DNA of 64,000 bases, taken from assembly GCA_002633005.1 (NCBI GenBank), contig NMRA01000375.1, positions 198,241-262,240 on the forward strand, given 5' to 3'. The stretch is from Phoronis australis (Eukaryota; Animalia; Phoronida). Positions within the stretch are counted from its first letter, which is position 1. The number at the start of each line of letters is the position of its first letter. Both the position numbers and the translations under genes were made by a program. The notes beneath the pieces are model-generated. The model worked only from the letters and a program-made list of their open reading frames with translations. It ran no database searches and was not told the DNA's origin. This document shows, one piece after another, positions 1-11,433 of this stretch.

Positions 1-1
1 G

Positions 2-2583
2 GAAGAGTGCGAAGCTCTCTGTAACAGGCTGGGTATTATGGTGAATGGCAAGTTTAAGTGTTTAGGCAGTATACAACACTTAAAGAACAGGTAACTTCAA
101 ATTCCATGTTAAGCTCAGTAACGTGCAATCAAGCATTCAGTCTCAATTAAATGCGATGTTAGATTTCTTTTTCCACACCCGCACACGCACACAACTGCAG
201 CGTGTACTCCTCATGATACTTCTAGATTTTAGATTTAAGCACCTGTCCGTTTAGTTCTAGCCGGATTTTGATAATTTCAATTTCTTCACTGGCTGATATG
301 GTCCTCACCTCAGGGTGACTTATTCCTTTTGCAGTGTGAGATGACTCTTGGTCCCCATGGTTTCCTTACCAACAATTTTGCTTGCATTGTGGACATGTCA
401 GCGTTGACTTGATCACTATGATGAGATAATGCCGGAATAACGTTGCTGACGAGATTTGAAGTTTCTTTTTTGTAAGAGTTTACAATGCCCTTAATTTATG
501 CCCTTCTGTATTGTGCGCAGGTTTGGAGATGGTTACACGCTCATTGTCAAGGTATCGGGCACCCGTCCTGAACTACAGCCTCTGAAGGAGTATATAGCAG
601 AGACATTCCCTCAATCTGTGATTAAAGAAGAACACCACAACATGATACAGTACCAGCTGGGCTCACATGTTGGACTGGCACATGTGTTTAGTGTACTGGA
701 GTCTATACGTTTAGAGTTCAGTATAGAGGACTACAGCGTCAGCCAGACTACACTAGACCAGGTAAGTGTGCAGTTGTTAATGACTCATATGGCTAGAGTT
801 GAGTCACAATCGACATGCAAAAAAGAAACTTCAAATTAATATGGGAATCTTGATGGATAAGGCGTTAAGAACTTTATTTGGTTCATTGTGAAATCATGTC
901 AAATCTAAAGCTGCTTTTATACGAGACACAGTTGTCACCGTGTCAGTGGTCACGGCGCGACTTGCTCCACTTAAGTCACATTTACACGACATTAGATCGC
1001 AAACTGGATCACCATGAGTCATTTGCACGAGGACTGTCTGCACGTGCTTGCATAAACAACATATTGTGAATGTCCAAACTACATGGAATGCCAGCTGATC
1101 AGTTGAATACACACTATTGCGCAAGCACATTGAAAAATGATCCATTTCCGCCTTGCCCCAGCTGTGTTTAGATGTAGTTGACACTGGAGCTAGTGATGGA
1201 GTGTAACTCACTCTACCTATCAAGCCAGTGTCAAAAACTTGCTACTGCTGTGTCACTCGCTCCGTGTCAGCCGTGTTTACATCACACACTTGCATTAAAG
1301 CAGCTGTTCCGTGTTTGGTGGGCCGGGTCAGCTGTCTCTTGTGTAAATGAGGCTTAAAACACTTTCCAGGCATGCAAAATGTGAAGCTCATGGCGTCGTT
1401 TCCTCCTTGAATGGATTCCGGTCTTTCAAATAATGTCAAAAAGCAACAATCGCTGAAACATACTGTGGTTTGGAATTTTTTGTTTTAAAATCCCATAAGC
1501 CGTTCAGTGAGAACCAAGAATAAAAGTTAGTTTTTGTGCGATTATTAGACGATTCTAAACAGCAGGACACTTACTAGTAAACAGTTATTCTCTGTGTTGT
1601 TATAAGCTGTCATTAGGGTCCACAAAATGAGGGAGTCATTGTTAGATTTTAATGACTCCTGGTGTCTTTGGTGGCTCCCGTGTAACAGGATTTGCAATGT
1701 GGTAGTAGTGTTTAATCTGTCCATAGTGCTCACATATCATCTTTATTCCATTTGGTTTCTCTTTATTTGATACATGTATGTTGCTGTCTTCTACAGGTGT
1801 TTATAAACTTAGCCAATCAACAGGTGGACGCAGAAGAATTTGAATTTGGTAAGTGTGTGGCATTCCCACAGTGCTACGTAGATTTTGCAAATTTGGGTTT
1901 AGTGATTTTTTAGCTGTAGACATGGTAACAGACCAAAAAAACAATGAAACCAATTCGAATTCCTATTTGAGTATTCACCAAATGTGTAGCATCCCTGGCT
2001 ATTGCCACTAGATGGCGGTGTTTTAATGACCTTTTCTTCTGTTTAAGAAAATGATGTCATAAAGTTTGTTTTCCATGATCACAACTCTTGTGAAATGCCA
2101 GCAACATTGGTCAACTTTTTTAGCTGGTATACTGAAGACAAATACAGTTCATATTTATGTAATTGAGCATTTGTGTGTGGCAGGGGAATTTCATTTTAGG
2201 AAATTTCTCAGCAACATAATCATGGTCCATAACAAAAAAAATTGTTAAAATTTTGTTTTTTTTTCCACCTCAGGTCAGTAGAAATCATTAAAAATTACAA
2301 TTTCAGCAATTATTTTTGTGCCAAATAACTGAAGAATTCCAGTATGCTCACGACTACCTCTCCTGTGTACCTGTCCAGTTACAGGTGTCTTTCTTATCTT
2401 CCATTAGATGATTCCCCCTTACCTTTGAGCGTGGTCAGTGATCGCCTCAACAACTGTGATGGTGAGGTCAGTCAGAGCGGAAGTACCGTGGACCTACTGG
2501 ACTATAGATATAACTGTGATACTCCGACATTTATAAACTTGGAGGGTTTGTCCTCACGTTCCTTAACACCAGTTGAAGCTTAG
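2..2583 (+). CDS. ABCA1: ABCA-subfamily lipid transporter (ABCA1/4-like), last four coding exons; 5' part lies outside the window
   Basis: Exons <1-90, 521-761, 1797-1848, 2408-2583 (TAG), all GT-AG with matching phases (2,0,1). Spliced peptide [30 protein letters not shown]|[11 protein letters not shown]...[13 protein letters not shown]|VFINLA closely matches the ABCA1 NBD2/regulatory region (MEECEALCTR...HLKNRFGDGY...[19 protein letters not shown]). Exact paralog is uncertain. Confidence 0.92.
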
Positions 2584-2785
2584 AGTCTACGTAAATGAAG
2601 GGGTGGTGAACAGTTGTGTTCTTCGCACATTCGTACAGTGAGCTTAGACGAGTCAACACGACTGAAGGGATGGTGAACAGTTGTGTTCTTCGCACATCCG
2701 TATTGTGAGCTTAGACGAGTCAACATGACTGACTGAAGGGGTGGTGAATAGCTGTATACTTTGCACCTCTGTATAGTAAGCTTCA
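2577..2785 (+). repeat. Three-copy tandem repeat (64-71 bp period) starting at the ABCA stop codon
   Basis: Unit agcttag...tgaaggg(g/a)tggtgaacagttgtgttcttcgcacat recurs at ~2577, 2641 and 2708, with a final agctt at 2779. Confidence 0.85.
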
Positions 2786-4825
2786 ACAAGTCAGTTTCTG
2801 TACTGTTGTTGGTGTATCTGTGATATGATTCTCATTGTTTACCATAAAGTTTCTTACACATGTAGAAGCCAGGTTTCTAAGGAAAACCATTCTCTTCATA
2901 AGCCGGGAACGTGACCATGTTAACCAGGTTTCAAGTGCAATTTAGATTATTACTCTTTGATGCATTTGTGACTGTGTGAGTGATTCGCAAGTCAGTTTTT
3001 TACTGAAAAGCCAGATCTGTAGTAAACATTCATTTGGTCCCTGTCTTAGGCTTGGTCTGGTGCAAGTCTGGTACTTATAAATACCTGGATTTCTATTAAA
3101 AACTTTATGGTACTCAGTGTTCTCCACAACCGAAAACTCAAACTTGACTAGAATTACAAAGTTCCATTTGTTCGGAAGTCCATGTCCATACTGTGTGGAA
3201 TTCGTGTATTAAGTCTTGGAGTAAGTGCTTTAAACTTGTACCAAAAATCCAGAATGTCTTACTTTGTTTAAGAAATCACTTTATATCTCCCAGTACTTCA
3301 AACTCATTGCTTAGGATTGCAAACTCGATGCAAGTTAGCCAAACCTGTCACAACAAAATTCAAATAAGATGCAGTGATGAGTCAAAAAGGATTATGGAGA
3401 ACACTGTGTATTTTTGTTGCTTGCTGCTTCTTAAACTGTTTTATGCCAGAAATGTTTATTTATTATTATTATTCAATTTTCTCACTTTATGTAAATGATC
3501 TAAGCAGTTAAAATAGGATTTTGCATAAATCAAATGATAAATATAAAATTTTGGAAGAAACTTTATCTATCCGATTTCACTGCTCTCTTCCAAGTTAATG
3601 CCCTGGTTCAACTAAATATCCACCCCCAAATTTTCAATGTTTACTTTTAAACCCCCATCCTCTGGTTTTATGCCCATTCTCTATTGTTTATCAGCAATAG
3701 TCACTGTCAGAGGTCCCAAATTTTGAGAACCAGTTTAACGCCTGTTATTCAATGAAGAAGGTTCTGAAAGTGCAGTGCGTGTGCACTATTGCTGTCATGT
3801 CCAAGATGTTCACCCATATCCCTTTTGGGTTCACCCAGAATGTCAACAACCAAATCCCACACATGCGGATACCATTACTCAAACAGTGCAACAGTCAGAG
3901 CATCTACTGGACTCTGCCATTCTGTAAATGTCCAACAGAAGACTTTGTAAAAGCATTTTTGTTACATATTTAGCCCAGCAAGGACCCACCTGCTCAGTTT
4001 CTCAGTTTAAATGCTATGGTATTTAACAGGACGAGTATAGTATGTATTTAGTGTAACAGACTACACATGGTTTTAGTTCAATGCCTTAAATTTTATGTTG
4101 GTAAAAAGAAATTGTGTGTTCTACCTATTTGTGATCCAGATGGTTACGCTTGTGCTAATTGCAATTTGTTGTCTGTGCAATGTTATATTCTATTTGGACT
4201 TGCTGTTAAAAACTAGCTAAGAGCCAAAACTAGTATAGTTGTGTTCTGGGGGTTGAGGGTAAATTTGTCCCAGGGGTATAGGAGAGTGTTTTTGTCCACC
4301 ATTTCTACTGCCCTCCAGTAACTGCCTGCAATATCCCTCAAATCACCCTTGCCCCAAAAGTTTTTGTCTCTCAAGAAGAGACAAGTGTTTGTGTGTGCAG
4401 CAGGCCTGAACTTACACATTGTTGATTAGTTTGTCTGTAATGATAATGGCACAGGTGTGTGTGCCTAATTAAGTATGTAATTTTAGGTTAATATGTGACA
4501 TATTGATAAATGCAGGATGTACTTATTTTTGTTTAGAGTGGAAGTAACTGTAAGGAGCACACTGATCATGAAGAAACAAGGCACTTACTTTTAATATTAA
4601 ATTGGGGTTTGCCATTGGCCTTTGAATGTGTGATGTCACTATGGTGTCCGCCATGAATCTTAATATGACTAAGTGTTGGCCTCTCAAAATGGCCACTACC
4701 TTGACTTTAACTTTTATGTTTTAACCATGAATCGTTCTGTTCAAATAGTAGTCGTATCAAGTTGTAACAGCATTCATTTTTTCTGTGAAAGGAGAAATGT
4801 TATTCCAGATTTGTAAAAAATGATA

Positions 4826-4831
4826 AATAAA
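4826..4831 (+). terminator. Candidate poly(A) signal of the ABCA gene
   Basis: AATAAA followed about 30 nt later by a GT/T-rich tract (tgtttgtgttg), implying a ~2.3 kb 3'UTR. Confidence 0.5.
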
Positions 4832-5846
4832 GACATTTCTAAACCTCATGTCGAAGTTGAATGTTTGTGTTGCATTTATGGGGTTTGAGAGGCTGTTTTC
4901 AGGGGGCATTTCCATAAGATGGACTTTGGTATTATGTTGTTGGAGTTTTTAGAACTTGCTGAGAAAGTTTTAAATGTTTGAAATTCTTAGAACTTGCTGA
5001 AAAAAATGAAATATTTTCAAAATATGTTGACATTTACATTAGGTAATTGATATTGGTGGTTATTGGGTGAAATCAATACAAGAAAACAAATAAGAGTTTA
5101 AGAGGGCGATGGCAAGACGTTTAGTTGCTTAACTCAAAACATTGTCAGTGGGAAAGAACACCCAAAACGTGATCGCTGCAAAACGATCAAACACATAGGG
5201 TACCATGGCTGACCAGGACATACCGGTGTGACTAATGTCAACGAAGCCCGTCTTCGTGCAATTGGTTTGGTACCGACTAACTTGTACATGCGTTTAGGCT
5301 ATTCCAGTTCGAGGTAAAAGCACACGTTGCTATTGCTAGTGGGTTCGTTTTCCAGCTGACAAATTTCGCCGTTTGGGATGAATCTGTCTACAAACAAACG
5401 GGTCGTGCGTTTTGTCTGGTTGATTATATACCTCTCGGGCAAGCATCGAATTGTTCTTCTCCGTGAGCTCACGGAGCAGAGTGTTAGCACTCTGCATTAT
5501 TTGTCGCTGTGACATTCTGGACTCCCAGGAGTTGCTGTAATAATTACGATCATTCGAGAAAAGAAAATAGTTCAACAGTTCTCGAGTCACTTGAAGCAGG
5601 GTTCGGGACTGCACGTGGGTCTTCCATGTAATTTGCGCCACTGTCGTCATGTTATCGACCCTTTCAAGGGATGGGAGTTAGCTTTGCCTGTGGCGCAATA
5701 CTGAATGGCCAGAAGGCCACGTTGTGTTCCACCCGTGTTCAAAGGCTTCCGCTTGCTTCCAGAGTCCTTGCGTGGCCGTTTCATTGCCGGCAATCTGCTC
5801 CCACCCGGCCTTTTGTGATGCATCCGTAGTGATGATCAGGCCCGGA

Positions 5847-7391
5847 GCGGACCGGGGATGATTACCGCCCTGTCGTTACATGGTCGGAGATAGTGTAGCC
5901 ACCACTGGAATAGGCTCTTTGCACTCCGGCTTTAACTCGGCGAGCAGGGTTCCGTAGTTTTGGCATCCCTTGAACAATGACCGGAAAAATGATTTCCTGT
6001 TGCCATATGGTGAAGATACCGTGTGGATTAGTGAAAATACATGAGGCCAGTGTAGTAATTTTGAGGGCATGGAACGACTGTGCGAGGCCAGTGAGAGAGC
6101 TGCTGGCTTACACGATGTCAATGGCCCGGAATATAGGCCTATTTAACAATATTTTTGAAGGGGTTGGAGATGGAAAATTGGGATAACAGGACAGGACACA
6201 TACAAAGCTGCGGGGAGCGGGACACTGGTAGACAGCTTTCATGCACACTTTCACAAAATTTTGTTATATTACTGAGAATAACCCCAGAAAATTTTTTGTT
6301 GGGGTTAATTCCAATAACGGCTCGATACTTTCGTATTGGGATTCATTCTACACTGAACTAAGTAAAATCAACTTAAAAGTGGGTAAGTCATTGGAAAGTA
6401 TATTTTTTATTTTGCGTCGGCGTGGGGCCAGAAACACTAATTACCAGAAGTACGTGTAATTAAGTTACCGATATACCAACTAAACCGTTCAGTCGAGGAA
6501 GAGGTGTTTACAGACAGGTCAGAGCCATGAACTTAATACGAACAAACATANNNNNNNNNNNNNNNNNNNNNNNNNNNNNNNNNNNNNNNNNNNNNNNNNN
6601 NNNNNNNNNNNNNNNNNNNNNNNNNNNNNNNNNNNNNNNNNNNNNNNNNNNNNNNNNNNNNNNNNNNNNNNNNNNNNNNNNNNGCGGACCGGGGATGATT
6701 ACCGCCCTGTCGTTACATGGTCGGAGATAGTGTAGCCACCACTGGAATAGGCTCTTTGCACTCCGGCTTTAACTCGGCGAGTAGGGTTCCGTAGTTTTGG
6801 CATCCCTTGAACAATGACCGGAAAAATGATTTCCTGCTGCCATATGGTGAAGATACCGTGTGGATTAGTGAAAATACATGACGCCAGTGTAGTAATTTTG
6901 AGGGCATGGAACGACTGTGCGAGGCCAGTGAGAGAGCTGCTGGCTTACACGATGTCAACGGCCCGGAATATAGACCTATTTAACAATATTTTTGAAGGGG
7001 TTGGAGATGGAAAATTGGGATGACACGACAGGACTCATACAAAGCTGCGGGGAGCGGGACACTGGTAGACAGCTTTCATGCACACTTTCACAAAATTTTG
7101 TTATATTACTGATAATAACCCCAGAAAATTTTTTGTTGGGGTCAGTAATTCCAATAACGGGCTCGATCCTTTCGTATTGGGATTCATTCTACACTGAACT
7201 AAGTAAAATCAACTTAAAAGTGGGCAAGTCATTGGAAAGTATATTTTTTATTTTGCGTCGGCGTGGGGTCAGGAACACTAATTACCAGAAGTACGTGTAA
7301 TTAAGTTACCGATATACCAACTAAACCGTTCAGTCGAGGAAGAGGTGTTTACAGACAGGTCAGAGCCATGAACTTAATACGAACAAACATA
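5847..7391. repeat. ~705-bp near-identical direct duplication flanking an N gap (5847-6550 and 6684-7391)
   Basis: Both copies run gcggaccgggg...aacaaacata, differ by scattered SNPs and small indels, and are separated only by Ns at 6551-6683. Confidence 0.9.
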
Positions 7392-7501
7392 AGCCAGTAA
7401 ATCATTTGTTTTCCATCGAAATCAATTGACTTGTATGTCGCACTATCACTGACTTCGATATAAATTGATACTGAGTCGTTATCAGCTTTGATCATCTAAT
7501 T

Positions 7502-8342
7502 CAGTGGCGGATCTAGGATATCAAAAGGGGGGGCCAACATTTTGTCTGTAAAAATTTGCGCAAAGCACGATTGTAGATGCGCATAGCACCGAATGGGAGG
7601 AGGTAAGCAAACCCCCTCCCGTCAGGAAAGTTCTTTTGTTTTTTCCTCTAAAAATCAAGCATTTTCCTTGATTCCTGAAGTATTATCAAAGAAAAAAAGG
7701 CAAAGGGGAAAAACAAAGAAACACGGAGAACGTGTCAAACTTGAAAAACTGAAATTATCACAGACTCGAACACACGACCTGGCGGATAAAGGACGCGTGC
7801 TTTACCATTGCACCACCACGATTCCACTCGCACATTGAATCTAAGAGACCTACTTGTTTATGGTCCACAGCGTTTTCGCGCGAAACCTACTTCTTTTTGT
7901 AATGCTTATTACACTTTTTATATTTCGTGCAATCAGTTCGTAACAAATTTTTTGTATTTAAAATAGTCTGCAATTGCCCAAAAGACCAAATCCGTTTTTT
8001 TTTTTGAGTTGGCATTAATGACGCGATTGCTTTGGAAATCGTCTAAGTTAATGTTTGACAAAGAGAGAATTATAAGTTTCTGAGTGATTCACTAAGGTTT
8101 CGATTAAAATTCACATATCTTACCAGCAGCTTCTGTTTTTTCATCGTCACTCAGATTCCATTATCTTTAGAAATGAAGTAAGTTTCTTCATTGCACAGTG
8201 AAGCAGACGACGGAAACGGATCGTCGTAGTGCTAGGGAGAGCCTATACTTAGCCATAGTTCCGTTACGATTGCGCCGTGTTCCGTATTTGACACTTGTAG
8301 TGAAAATGGATCTGAGCCCCCCCCCCCCCCCCAAAAAAAAAC
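7502..8342. mobile_element. Probable non-autonomous DNA transposon (CAGTGGCGGATC terminus); other end lost in the gap; contains a tRNA-like segment on the minus strand (~7760-7825)
   Basis: Starts cagtggcggatctagg followed by a G run, and ends in poly-C before the gap. Minus strand has A-box tggtgcaatgg and B-box gttcgagtc. Confidence 0.45.
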
Positions 8343-10562
8343 NNNNNNNNNNNNNNNNNNNNNNNNNNNNNNNNNNNNNNNNNNNNNNNNNNNNNNNNNN
8401 NNNNNNNNNNNNNNNNNNNNNNNNNNNNNNNNNNNNNNNNNNNNNNNNNNNNNNNNNNNNNNNNNNNNNNNNNNNNNNNNNNNNNNNNNNNNNNNNNNNN
8501 NNNNNNNNNNNNNNNNNNNNNNNNNNNNNNNNNNNNNNNNNNNNNNNNNNNNNNNNNNNNNNNNNNNNNNNNNNNNNNNNNNNNNNNNNNNNNNNNNNNN
8601 NNNNNNNNNNNNNNNNNNNNNNNNNNNNNNNNNNNNNNNNNNNNNNNNNNNNNNNNNNNNNNNNNNNNNNNNNNNNNNNNNNNNNNNNNNNNNNNNNNNN
8701 NNNNNNNNNNNNNNNNNNNNNNNNNNNNNNNNNNNNNNNNNNNNNNNNNNNNNNNNNNNNNNNNNNNNNNNNNNNNNNNNNNNNNNNNNNNNNNNNNNNN
8801 NNNNNNNNNNNNNNNNNNNNNNNNNNNNNNNNNNNNNNNNNNNNNNNNNNNNNNNNNNNNNNNNNNNNNNNNNNNNNNNNNNNNNNNNNNNNNNNNNNNN
8901 NNNNNNNNNNNNNNNNNNNNACGTTTTCTCGGACTTTTTGTTTCTGAGGCGGACCTTTTCGCCCACTTCGCCAAACTCGAGCCCCCCGAGCCCCACACCC
9001 CCCCCCCCTTGGTGCGGGCATGGAATATTATCGGAACTGCTGACCGGCACTGACTTCGATTTAGGGGACGGCCGGACTCTGGGCCTACGTCAGTGCTGGA
9101 ATGATGTGTTTCAAATGAATCTTCCACAACTGACAACTGCGGATCCCACTCTATGAACTACTAATGGAACACACTGGCTGAGACTGCATTTCACTGACCT
9201 GGCTGTCAAAAAAATAGTAGGGGCCTCAGTGTTTCAAGAAAGTGATTTTAAATTCATTTTTGACTTACGGTTAAGATTTGTCTAAACTTCCAAACTTTGA
9301 AACTTCTACAGCTGGAAGGATAGTAAAAACGAAGACAACATTTAGCTCATACACTTCAGGCAAACTTAAGATCCCCTTTCTGAATTGGTTTTGAAACAAA
9401 TTTAATTGTTATTTTTAAAATTTACAAAAATTTAAGATTTGTCTTAGCTACTAAGTCAGTTTTGTTGGAACGGGCAGTATAGGTACATTTGAAGTTGCAA
9501 CAAACTGTTCAAAGATTCAGATCTCTTCTTTCCTTGTATGTATGTGTAAAAGACAATTAACATTTGGTAGGGAAATAGTGCGTGAAAAAGTGACTTCTGA
9601 GCGGCACTTGACTGAGTTCCCGGCGCCGAGTTGCTCCGGACTGAGTCGCACAATTGTTTTGCCGCCGAGTATCCTCGCCTGGGTTGCATTTTCGCGCCAT
9701 CTGGCGAATGGTATTCTTCAGTAAACAGAGATAAAAACAGTTGTTAGCCAAGTCATCGTTGGTAAGTTTTGCTGCTGAATCAAAAGTTTAGCTGTTTTGT
9801 GCACTTAATTGGTACTCTGCAGATACAGTCGTGTTTTCATGATTGGATTAAATAGCCAACTTAAATGAACTAAACATGGTTTCGGCCTATACCACACTCC
9901 CCGACAGCACAGGCACTCTGGCAATATTACAATTATTACATCATTCATTCACAAATCACATTCACAGTCAAAGACACAGGCACATTTAAATCACTCAGGC
10001 GCACGTTTAGACAGTGGCACTCTCATAGGGCGTTCATACGCCCGAAGCTTTTCCACGAATTATGCCCCACATTGATTAAACCATCAAACTCACGTTGCTA
10101 TTGTATAAAATAGAGGCACACCTTGACTTGAGATGGGCAAGAGGCACACCTTGACTCCTTGAGATAGACAACATGTTGTAGCCCCTCAGTTGGCTGGTTA
10201 GGGGCTACAGCCTACAATGCTTCCTATCGCTTTCTGTCCCTTGTATTTTAAACGGGCAGTAAGCCAAATTCAGTCACCGATTAAGAGTTTTCACCTTGTC
10301 AAAAATACATTCCAAACTTAAAATGATCACTTAAAAACGCGCTTACTTTCTTCAGTGGTCCTCTACTTGTACACACATCTTCGATGAAGTTTAGTTACGA
10401 GAATTAAGGTGACTTTGGTGAACAATTCTTTCCGACTCCAAGTTTTTGGTCACCATTAACTTTTTCACCACGTGTGCGATAACCACAAAGTATTTCAACT
10501 GAGTCATGTGAGTTATAGGCAAAGGCTATCGCGAGCGTGAGCAAAGCACATGATGCTGCATG

Positions 10563-11316
10563 CAGGCCTTTATGCAGTGTATGTCCATTTGGACACCCTA
10601 GCACTAATCTGGATGCCCTGGCAAGGACGCCCAATGTATCATTTGGACGCCCACTATCAATAGGAACCTTTCAAGTTAATTTGGACACACACATTGTAAT
10701 GATTACTAGGAAGCCTATGAAGACTCACAGTGGTGGCTCTTTTTTCAAAACCAAAGACATATACAGTGTATATACAAAGTATATACATACAAAGTAGAGG
10801 AGGCAGTGTGGCCTGGTTGATAAGTGTCCGCTTTCTTTACTCAAGGTCGTGGGTTTGAGTCCCACTAGGTCACACTGCTAACACTTGAACCAGGTTTCTA
10901 GCTCCTCAGCTCGGTTTTAACCATATATTAATAAAGCATAGAAATATTTCCAGGTGATCGGTGCAATGGGCCCACATGCGAGGCCTGTGCATGTCTGGTA
11001 CAAGGTGTATCAGACCGCCTGCAATTAAAAAAATATATACAAAGTATATACAATGTTTCTATGGTCACACTTGGTTGATAGCATTGTAAAAGTCTTGGTC
11101 TACACAGTTTTTTTAGTAAAAAGGATCACTACAGAAGGCTGTTTTGTAAACTTAGATATAAAAACCTTGGTCTATGCATTTTTTTGTAAAAAAATTTAAT
11201 GTGTGTTTGGGGGGATTGCTGGGGGTTCGGGGTTACGCGTCGGAATCATGGACGCCCTGGAATATTGGGAACCCCATTTTGGACACCCTATTTTCGAAAT
11301 CCTGGATAAAGGCCTG
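10563..11316. mobile_element. hAT-type MITE with 8-bp TSD
   Basis: TIRs caggcctttat(g/c)cag; perfect TSD gctgcatg at 10555-10562 and 11317-11324; subterminal tttggac(a/g)c repeats. Confidence 0.88.
10797..11036 (+). mobile_element. tRNA-derived SINE, nested in the hAT MITE
   Basis: A-box-like tggcctggttg, B-box ggtttgagtcc, A-rich tail, TSD atacaaagta (10787-10796 and 11037-11046); second copy at ~17794-18019. Confidence 0.85.
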
Positions 11317-11433
11317 GCTGCATGGCGCGTTACACTTGCAAAATAGCATTGGAAGGTATCAGGTGAAATTTGTAAGGGTTCTGGCCCTTGGACTTTTTAT
11401 TCGTTATGCGTGATTTCACGTAACTTCTTCAAA

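Noticed and set aside
5109-5900. Assignment as a Tc1/mariner transposase pseudogene
   Set aside because: Only isolated short motif resemblances with wrong spacing; no DDE motifs, TIRs or TA TSD found.
7760-7825. tRNA gene on the minus strand
   Set aside because: A and B boxes are present but there is no convincing acceptor stem or cloverleaf, and it lies within a TE-like segment. I treat it as a tRNA-derived repeat, and the same applies to the SINE heads at 10797 and 17794.
8188-9136. Long ORFs of 249-290 aa in the ORF track
   Set aside because: They consist mostly of the N gap (8343-8920).
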